From assembly GCA_051362555.1 (NCBI GenBank), contig CM120640.1, positions 3,410,001-3,474,000 of the forward strand: a stretch of 64,000 bases of DNA, given 5' to 3'. Below, in pieces: positions 13,406-23,400 of the stretch. The position numbers were made by a program, and so were the translations under genes. How positions within the stretch are numbered: position 1 is the first letter of the stretch; every line of letters starts with the position of its first letter. The notes under the pieces were generated by a model that saw only the letters and a list, made by a program, of their open reading frames with translations, was not told the DNA's origin and did no database searches. This DNA is from Lingula anatina (lineage: Eukaryota > Animalia > Brachiopoda).

Positions 13406-13414
13406 TATTAAATA
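13406..13414 (+). promoter_or_regulatory. Candidate TATA box of the prepropeptide gene
   Basis: TATTAAATA about 235 bp upstream of ATG 13643, preceded by a GC-richer segment with CACGTCA (CRE-like) and CGCCCCTCC. A short 5'UTR intron 13563-13636 (GTAATA...TTATCAG) is possible. Confidence 0.35.
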
Positions 13415-13642
13415 ACAGAGCAGAAAAGCTAGCGCGATATTATAACGAACTTCTACAGATGTAAGCCAGAGATCGCACCAACTAGCATCATTATTTTGAA
13501 CCAACGTACAGAACGTTTAACATCAACAAAGGGCAATTATAATTACTGTGGGAGTAACTAAGGTAATATTGGTGGACTTCTGGTATATAGGATCACTGAG
13601 TTCGAAGATTGGAGTATTTCTGTGATTTGTTATCAGCGAGAG

Positions 13643-14320
13643 ATGGATGGTGGATGTCAATACCGCTGCTCCTGCACCAGTGAAACAGGTTTTTGGAAAA
13701 ATATATTAAATCTTTACCTAACCACATTGCTTGTGGTTAGCGTTTTCTCGTGTGGACAATGTTACACGATATCTCTACAAAATGCGGACTACGTTGCACC
13801 GTACGAAAACAAAGTTCCCGAGTATATCGACGAAAACATGGTGTCGCCGTATATTGCGTCAAGTTCTGTGGAGAATTACCGAGGCACACCCAGAGATAAC
13901 CCCCAGGAAGTTAATTTGGAAGGTACGTCAGAAAAAATTAATGTTTAATATTTATTTGAAATGACATACAAGTGTTATCAATTTTTGATCAATTTGAAGA
14001 ATAGTTTAACTTCAAATTTGTCAAAAAAATAAAAAATTGAAAAATTTGAAGTTACATATATATATATATTCACAACAATTTATAGTTTCTGATTAATGGC
14101 TAATTCAATTTTTTGATTTGTTCTTTATTTTATTTGTTATTCATTAGTTTTCTGCAGTCAGTGCGTATTACATTGTAAAAAGAAATATCAAAGTTGAAAC
14201 GGTCAAATATAATTTGGTTACTATATCCGCACAGGGCATACAAACAACCGTCGAAGAACACAAAACTCCCGAATGGGCGGCACTGAAATAAAATGAAATG
14301 TCGATATCACTGTACAGGTG

Positions 14321-14377
<57 letters not shown>

Positions 14378-16673
14378 ATGTTTTGGCATAAACTTTCTAA
14401 ATCTTCCTCAGGATAGACCTAAACAACCATATCCCTAAAGAAAACAATTCCGTTAATATGATTTGTTTCCAAATGGGTCATTTTTAATAAATTTAAAAAC
14501 AGTTTTTAGGTATACCAAAAGTGTGACGCACCCATAGCATGGGTACCACGCAAAGCCGTATACGATTGTAACTGAAGCGAATAATTTCCGCGTCATCGCT
14601 GTGACTATTAGTGATATTCTGCTTATTAGTACCATGCACCCAATTATAGTTTGAGTTCGTATCCAGTACCATTTTTAATCGCATGTCCTTTTGATTATAA
14701 GGTCGAGGCGATGATTCATATTCTGATGCAATATTTAGGAAAAATGCCATACCGAATCATTCATCCTATGAAGTTATTGGAAAATTGGTGGAAAATGGTC
14801 CCCTTAAGTTGATAAGTATTACTTCACTTTGGCTGGACTATTATGGCGTTCGATCTTCATAAAAACATAATAAGGATAGCTTTTGCCGTTAAAATATAAA
14901 TTGGTGTGGATTAAGTCACCTCTTCCAACTGAACCAATGAGCGCGAATGGTGAAGTGTCCTAAATGGAGCAGGTAGAATGAAATGAATATCGAACCCTTC
15001 CTCTCACATGTGCCCCTTCACATGGAACCATTTCTCTCAGGGCAGTCATAGACATCTAAACAATAAATATGCCGAATCCTGCAAGCGTACCTAAATCAGA
15101 TGAATTGCTATCCTATTCAAAAGTATCCTAATCTGCTGTGAGCCCTTGATGATAATGTCTTCCGCCTCATCCGTCCACATATCCGATATACAGGTATGAC
15201 ACAATCCATCACAAAGCGCATTATGCAATTAGAAAGAACGCCTAACAGTTTACCAACGCATTTAAAGTTCTAATTTTAACTGAAGAACCTATCCCACGCG
15301 TTTTCTAGACCTATATATTAACCAAATCCACAGAAAAAAAGATCAAGTTAAAAGCATTTTATTCATTTTCTGTATATGAAATCAGATGTGAATAGCGTTT
15401 TGACATTTTGCTATAAAAACGCCATTCTGTTTATGCTAAGGGTAATTTTGGGACAGGATAATGTTAAATAAATTCTAGTTTGCAAAATGTTTGACAGCAT
15501 TGATGATACAGTTGGCGTGCTTCAAACGTTTTTGCACACCTCTTTTGCTCCGACAGCGAAATCGCCGCCCCTGTACGTCCCGTTAGTAAAATCAGTGTAC
15601 GAGTAGGGCCCCTACGGTCTCAATAGGTCGTCTTTCAGTTTAGCAGGTGCTACAGGAAAGCCCTTCACAAAAAGCATCAACGTGTTATGATTCATTTCAT
15701 ACATTTGCAACAATCACCACGTATCCCACAAATCAATACACCCCACTGGTCATTACCTTATCAACTGAACGCATGCAACCCAAATAAAAGGAAAACAGAT
15801 AAGTTAGAAATTTCGCTTTACTATGATTTAACGATATTTAACTATACCGGTCTTGTTAAAAATCTTCACGCACCACAATTTATGTTACTCGAACATCTGT
15901 GAATAGTAATGGTTCAGGCCTATAACTGGTATTGCCAGACAGCAAAATTACCATTCTTTGGTTTATTGCCAAGATGTTTTTATTGCTGTGAGATATTTTG
16001 GCAGTTTTTCTTAACGTAAGTAAAAGGAATTTCACTGAAATACGTTGACCTTGAGGCTACGGAAATATGTGGATAAATTGGAAAGTGTGAGTGAAAATAG
16101 ACGTCAATCTGTTAAAAGTCTTTCTCTTCTTTCTAACAAATCTAACGGTGTTCAGGTGCGTGGTAAGCACACTGAAAGCTGGACAAGGGGAAACCGTAAT
16201 GAAAAAATATTTCGGGGAGGGGGGCTGGGGAAATTCTCCTTTACCCCCTCCCATTCTTGCTTTAATGACCGACAGGATTGACAAAGTGTGGGGTGCGATG
16301 CCCACCCCTCCAGCTCCAACGCCAATGATGTATGAGGAAATATAGCGCGAGAAAATGACAGACCCCCCCCTTAAGTTTGATAATGCAAATTAGGTTTTTT
16401 AAGGTTAGGGGGCGAGCATCTTTGTCAAAATAAAGGACGAAATTGGGATTGGTAAAACTAACAAATATGTTCCCCTAAACGGTCCCTAGATATCTCAATT
16501 TTCAAAAATAACATTACGTCATTTCTATTTCAGCCCTGCGGGAGTTGGTGGACAGGCTGCAACGTTTTAATAGCCTGAGCCGAACAACGAGTAAACGCGC
16601 CGGCTGCAGACGACTCAGATGGTGCAAGGCATGCTGGGAAGTCATGTGTAAAGCAACCAGGGGCACCAAATGA
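13643..16673 (+). CDS. Putative secreted prepropeptide (neuropeptide/hormone-like precursor, 139 aa) with a C-terminal 4-Cys peptide
   Basis: Exon 13643-13922 (donor GAAG|GTACGT, phase 1) joins exon 16534-16673 (acceptor TTTCTATTTCAG|) in frame, giving 420 nt. Hydrophobic signal ILNLYLTTLLVVSVFSCGQC, acidic spacer, dibasic KR, then AGCRRLRWCKACWEVMCKATRGTK*. Confidence 0.72.
14324..14374. repeat. (TA)n microsatellite
   Basis: Perfect AT run. Confidence 0.95.
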
Positions 16674-18433
16674 TGGCCACATGACGTTCGAGCGAAAGAG
16701 GACTAAAATATACTATATTACAGGAGATGTTAACTGTTGTCAAATTAATTTATAATTTAATGGTAGTAGGACCTACTATGGGCACCGTGGAACATTTACT
16801 TTAATGTCTTTAAAACTGACGTTTGTCAAGAAAGACACAGAAGAGACATGCATGTAATAAGTATTTAATTTATGTATTTATGAGGACAGTGGAAAGGCGT
16901 TTGGGAACGAAAAACAAAAATTTAGTACATATTGACGATCTCTATCAAGCTCCAAACTCAACAGTAGACAATATTTCACTTTCTTTAAATCACGGTATTT
17001 CACTTGGCTGTATCCGCATGGATGGCGATTTGCATCTCTTGCACTTTCACTTCGATTTTTTAAAAGAGACCTTTTCTAAGCGGGGTAGTTGATTTCAATG
17101 CTTAAGAGGATACAACCTTCATTTGGAGAATTGCACATGTTATCTAAAAGGAGAAATGGATGAAGATTTAAGACAAGAACAATCTCATGAAGTACTGTAT
17201 TTAATTCAACAATGTCAACCGTATCACCAGTATGCAGTTACAGTATTTCCGAGACTATGAAGTTTTTTTTTCTAATGTCGTTGGCTAATTAAGTAAATAT
17301 TGTGATACACTCATATATGTATTCAGTGTGAGTTCTGTCTTTATTTCGCACCATAGGCCTATCAACGTCAAATAAACCGTTTCTTTTATCATAACGAAGT
17401 GAGTTCACATATATGATTTTTCGTGTCAATGGGATTTTTAAGGAAACCATAGTGAATTCTTATATACGGCTTCAACCTATTGCAAACAGAGTGTCTAATG
17501 CCCCGTATTTTAAAGCTTAGCCTACATAAAGCTAATCACCGCAGTGAGTGCAAAGGCAAGGGTCACATATACCTAACACTGCAAAATTACGATCCATCAA
17601 TCAGTTTTTGAGTCAATCTTGTATTTCTAAAGGTAGCAACTGGCGAATTACAAACGTGACTGTAAAAATTAGAAATTTATAGAATTCGAGAACTGATTTC
17701 AGAATCGAAATTTTAGTTTCAGTTTAGGACAGACTATGTCCTGGTGATAAATGGAAAATTGGTGAAATTCACAGGTTTGAATTTTGATACAGTATAATAT
17801 TGATACAGTATATAAACACCTAGCACACTTTGTAGGAATTTGACCTGGAGGCCTTTTCCCCCTCTCTACACTATTCAACCCTTTAGCAGTCTATGTTACT
17901 TATGTAAATGAAGTCGACTTTCGTCACTAGAACCCGTTAAAACCCGAGAAGTCCATTTAATTTTGTGTATATCTCTGCCGTATTCAACTAGCCGCGTCCA
18001 AAACGTGGGTGGTATTAATTAATGGCACACACGATCACGGTTTTTATGCATATTGTCAAATTTTGCAAACAAGAATTACACTGTCTGCAAGTTCAACCAG
18101 TGAAGCTTTAAGATTTCTGTCTTGTTGCATTTTTGCGTCGAATTCAGATTAACAAAGAAAAGGCGTATTCATTAACGTTTTAACAATGTAGTGGGAGACA
18201 CGGCAGGGAACTGCTGTTATGTTACCCATTTATAAATATAAAATATTTGAATGCAATTTAGAAACTAGAAAAGCACTCAGAATGCGCACAACTCCGCTAA
18301 GGCAGCCAGTTCTCATCATCAATTAATTACGTAAGGAATTGCCCACAAAATCTAATCGTTTCTAAGTGAGCGTATTTCTGACCTATCCTGATTTTTTAAA
18401 AATCCGCCATTACTTTTTGACTAACGGATAGAC

Positions 18434-18700
18434 AAGGGCCGATCCAGGATTCTTTGAAGGGGGTTCCGCGGATGCGAAGCCGACCCTTCCACCCCTTCCC
18501 CCGTTGGCGTGGGGTTCGGGCCCCGCAGAAGGGCTCCGAATTTTTTGGTATTTTAGAGGGCGAACGGTGGCATTTGGTGTGGTTTAAAACTATGATTCAG
18601 CAGGTCAAAATTCTAATTTCAAGAGGGGGCCATTAGCGTTTTTTTCAAAAATCGAATGGAGGGTCAGAATCACCTGACCCCTCCCCCTAAATCCGCCACG
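18434..18700. mobile_element. hAT-like MITE
   Basis: 8-bp direct repeat GGATAGAC at 18426-18433 and 18701-18708 flanks imperfect TIRs AAGGGCCGATCCAGG / CCTAAATCCGCCACG. It appears to sit inside an older short repeat starting AAACTAGAAAAGCACTCAG (about 18262). Confidence 0.7.
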
Positions 18701-19738
18701 GGATAGACAGTGGTAACATACAATGCTACTCTAGCTGTGAATAGATGAATTTGTTTCACATTGTGTTTTGGCTTTTCAAATGCGTAATGGAAATATTGGA
18801 GCGATTTTTAATAATGGTACGCGACGTTATACAGATGTTACTTAAGTGCACCGTCTGTAGGCCTAGCTTGTATGGCCATATCAAAGATTTTACTGTGCTG
18901 GCACAACCAGACGGCATAAGTAGCCAGAATTGCGTGACAATTAATAAAAAGAGCCTTCAGTGCTCTTTGAAAATCTGCCTCAATAAAAGTCCTCCCCGTC
19001 AGGTACTGTAAAAACCAATAGAAGGCGGTTTCTCTTGGGGATAAGATGGTGAAGTAATTTTCCACAAGAATACTGTTCACGTTAGACTCCCGATAGTCAC
19101 GCTATATGGCAAGCTCGGAGGGGAAGGCTTAGGGGAACAACAAACGGCATTTATCAACATGAATTATTAAAACCATCCGCGTTTGGAAATGTTCTTAAAT
19201 TCTCATTTTTATGTATACATACCCTGCAAAGTTATTATCTTTCCGAAATAATACTTTTAATAGACAATAAAACCACCTGAAATGTACAGGAAGTAAAGGC
19301 GGTCTAGGTGACGGGCATTTAGAAATAAATCGATAAATAAAGGGGGCTCGATACGTTGGAGTATTTTCCTTATCCTTTTCAATAATGCAGTAATAAACAT
19401 TAGGCCACACTTTTTTATTTTTATGGATGACATCCTCTGGGTACCCCAAAATCGGTGCGAGAGGGCGAAAAAAAAAAAAAAAAAAACGGTCCAAAAAATA
19501 AAAATACTGCTTAAGTAAAGGAATGCTGTCAGTACACAGCTGGAAACACAAATTTTACCACAGAAACACGTATCAAACTAACAATATGTCTTTATCCATG
19601 CTCTCAAAATATTAAAGCGTTGTGAATACTTCGTAGAAATGTAAAAAAAAAGTCATGAATAGATATACTTCTTATTACAAAATCTATTAAGGTTATTTCA
19701 TGCATTTTGTTGGTATAGCAATCAATAAAACAAATATC

Positions 19739-19967
19739 TATAGGAACCGGGTTGTACGTTACAACTGGCCTATGAATAAGTAAAGTGCCTACCTTTTCTG
19801 GATAGGCATCCAAGTCCTCGTTTTCTTGTTAATTCTCTCTTCACCACAACTTAGCACCATGCGCTTGAGCGCGCCATGCTCAACTCCAACGCTCTCAACT
19901 TCTAACTAACTACTACGCATGCGCCGTGACACGCTTCCGGGTCATGCAATGACCCCTCGGCACTACA
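19739..19967 (-). repeat. 3' LTR
   Basis: 229 bp; element strand reads TGTAGTGCC...GGTTCCTATA; matches 27335-27563. Confidence 0.96.
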
Positions 19968-19980
19968 CTCTCCCCCGTTT
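19968..19980 (-). other. Polypurine tract
   Basis: AAACGGGGGAGAG immediately precedes the TG of the 3' LTR on the minus strand. Confidence 0.85.
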
Positions 19981-20186
19981 TACCTTGAAGGACCGTGCCT
20001 TCTCGGTCGTGTCAGTGCCGAGTCCACTAAAGTCCACTTAAAGTCCACTTTCCTCCGTGGGAAAGGGAAAATTCCCGCCTGTCCCCGTGGGACTCAGGGG
20101 ATAAGTGCTTGCAGTGATGATGGGCGTCCCATCAAAACCACTAATCCTGGTCAGGTCGCACCCAGCCTGACCACACCCTCGCCCTT

Positions 20187-20480
20187 CTAACCATCTGGGC
20201 CCCTTTTCTCCAGGTATAAACGCCGTGCGTTATCCCTGGTCTGGCGCAACACTTCTCGCCATCGCTCTCCCCGGATCTCCGCCACTAACTTGGCCACGTG
20301 ACCAAGCAGAGCTGGAGTGGAGCACTTGTTCCGTTGGATGTTGAAATACGGAGCATCCGTCTCCAAGAGTAGTCTTTTCAGGGGCAAGGTTCGTAACATG
20401 TCATGCGCCTTGGCATTGACAGGCCCCTCATGTTCTGCGAAGCGCCCGTGACGCCTAAGTATACATCCAATTCTTCAGCC
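20187..20480 (-). pseudogene. TatD-family DNase C-terminal fragment carried inside the retrotransposon
   Basis: ORF 20399-20187 LRTLPLKRLLLETDAPYF...PALLGHVAKLVAEIRG...VLRQTRDNARRLY matches the TatD C-terminal signature (LLLETDxPY...NAxxLF/Y). One frameshift upstream gives DVYLGVTG (cf. TatD YxSFxG/YIGITG strand). The N-terminal HxH and GExGLD motifs are absent. Confidence 0.85.
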
Positions 20481-20481
20481 C

Positions 20482-23400
20482 TTAAGCTCGGCGTATGCAG
20501 TCTTGGCATTTGTACTTGTTAATGCTTAAGGCATCCGTGGCCGTCACATTAACACATGACCCGTGATACCACTCCCCGCAGTAATCACATTGCAGCATAA
20601 ATCTACCCTGCCAGGGTTGACGGCAACTGCAATATACCCGGTCATCGCCCCTCGCCGTGGAGTCGGGCACTGGATTCTTCCTCCAATGTTGTATCCACTG
20701 GGGCACCTCCTTGTCTCGACAAGGCTTCAACCTATCGTGGTTGGTCACAAAGACTGCATTCCGCACCTTAACGCGGAACAGGTTTGAACTGAGCCGTGCT
20801 ACAATTAAACCTGGACCCCTCCATGGTGGGCACAATTTCTTGCACTTCCCCTTGGCTGCCGCGGTATCCAGCACATACACCGTATCTCCCACAGCATACG
20901 GTCGCTCGAGTATCCTTAGATCATAGTCCCTCTTCATTCTTTTAGAGGCGACTCTCAGTTTACCCCGAGCCGTCTCGTGGGCTTCCATCAGATCAGCTGC
21001 CAACCGTGCGGCATAGCTATCTGAATCTTCAAAATTGATGCTCCTCCGTGGGAACATTAAACCTGCAGGTGCGTTCACCTCCCTCCCCAACATTAACCTG
21101 TTGGGAGTGTACCCCGTCATCCGGTTTACAGATGCCCTAAGTGCCCCGGCAATCTGTTGTAGACGCAAGTCCCAGCCGTTCTGGGCCTTCTCCGTGAAGC
21201 AGCGTACCGCATCCATGAGAGTGCGGTTATAGCGCTCTACCTGGCCATTGCTGGCCGGCCGGTACGGCGTAGTACGGGCCTTGTGAATCTCGAGCACAGA
21301 ACACACTTCAGTGAACAGCTTAGATTCAAAATTCCTCCCCTGGTCCGTGAAAATCTCCAGAGGGACTCCAAACCTGGAGAAAAATTGATCTATTGCGGCC
21401 CGTGCCGTCTCCTCCGCTGACTGTGATGGTAAGGGGATACATTCGACCCATTTCGTAAATTGGTCGACCATCATGAGTATGTACTCATTCCCCCTGGCAG
21501 TCTTCGGCAACGGTCCCAAGAAATCTAAGTGCACCCTCTCCATAGGCGCACCTGCCTGGAATTGTGTCAGAGGCACTTTTCCCTGCCTTGCAGATTTCTT
21601 ATTCTGGTTACACCGTGTGCACCCAGAAACGAAGTTTTCTGTCGCTCTTCCCATCCCGTACCAATAGAATCGCTCCTTGAGCCGATCCTTGGTTCTTTTC
21701 GCTCCCTGATGGCCTGATGATGGCAGGCAATGATGTAGTCGAATGGCTTCCTGTTGCCATGCCATAGGTAGCACTAACTTTTTATCCTCAGTCTCAGGAT
21801 CACACCTGTATAGCAGACCCTCTATGATGATAAACAAATCCCTATCCAGCCAATAGGATTTTAAGGCCTGGCTGCCTAGGAATAAGGTGGACTGATCAGG
21901 TAGCTTACCACTTTCCAAGCTCACCCTGATCACACTCAGGTCTGCATCCGCCTCCTGTGCTGCACGGACCTCCTCCACCGAATAACCCCAACTGGTGAGT
22001 CGTGAAGACCCGTGGTCCTTCACCTTGACCTCACCCTCTGCTTTTCCCTCTTGAAGTGTGGATTCCTTATCACACTCCACCGTGGGAGGTTCATCCTCAG
22101 GAGTTATCGGCGCGTCGCCTGTATCTTTAGGCCCGTGGCCACGTGCACGTCTCCGAGTAGTAACTGGAGCTACTCGTGGTGTTTTCCCTTGACCCCAGGG
22201 AATCTGATCTAACACCATCTGTAAGACCTGGAACTCTAGTGTATCCGTGATACACTCTTCCTCTCTGCATACCTCACCGAACACCGTGTGTTCAGAGTAC
22301 GCATTCACTGGATCCACCGTTACTGAGCGAACCGTCTTGCCATCGTTGTTTTGCTGACCTTCTGAAATTTCAACGCTGTGGATATCCTCCGTATCCCGGT
22401 ACGCACCCTGTGCTAGCGGAATAACATCATCCACTTCCTCCTCGAAACCCACCCAATTCTCGTGGGCTCGCCTGCAATACCCGCATCCACCACATGGTAG
22501 AGCATCTAGCCGCCCCCTGGTGCCTGCTTTGCACTGCCCCGTGTGAGTCGCTCTAGACAGCGCGTCCGCATTCCCATGTTTGCGCCCAGCGCGATGAGAC
22601 AACACCATGTCGTACTGTGAGAGCTCTTCCAGCCATCTCGCCAGCTGACCCTGCGGCTCCCGAAATTTCATCAGCCATCTTAAACTCGAATGGTCAGTCC
22701 TAATAGTAAATGGTTTCCCCAATAAATAGTACCTGAACTGTCGGGTGAATCGTACCACCGCCAAGAGTTCCTTGCGTGTCGTACAATACTTCCTCTGTTC
22801 CCTGGTTAATCCATAGCTACCGTAAGCTATCACTTTCTCCTGGCCATCTTGTACTTGAATAAGCTCTGCTCCTATAGCAAAGTCACTTGCGTCTGTATCC
22901 AAAATGAACTCTCCGTCCACCGTGGGAACAGAAAGAACCGGGGGAGATGTTAATGCCCCCTTTAATGCCGTAAAAGCCCGTGCTTGTTCCTCACCCCACT
23001 CGTAACTCTTTCCAGTTACAGCGTACAGGGGTGCCGCTATCTCACTGAAGTTTTTAATAAAGGCTCGATGGTAATTAGCCAAGCCCATGAATTTCTCCAC
23101 ATCTTTGGCACATGTTGGTGTAGGCCAGTCCGTGACTGCCTTAATGTCATGATCAGACATGGAGAGCGTCTCTCCTGTCACTATCCGTCCGAGAAATTCA
23201 ATCTCCTTCTTAAAGAAGATGCATTTCTTTGGCTTAAGCTTCAGCTCGTAGCTGCGGAACCTCTCAAGGGCGTCCCTTAGGTTCTGTAAATGCACATCAA
23301 AAGTAGTACCGAGTACCACTATGTCATCTAGAAATGCCAGCACAGTTTTCCAGGACATTCCACGGAAAACTAAGTTCATTATCCGAGCATAGGTCGCGGG

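Noticed and set aside
19604-19813. ORFs MDAYPEKVG... (also 27212-27409)
   Set aside because: Start within the identical LTRs and diverge outside them; incidental.
20455-20484. Stop-codon readthrough fusing pol to TatD
   Set aside because: The pol frame hits TAG eight codons after TAA; the TatD-like residues are in the other two frames.
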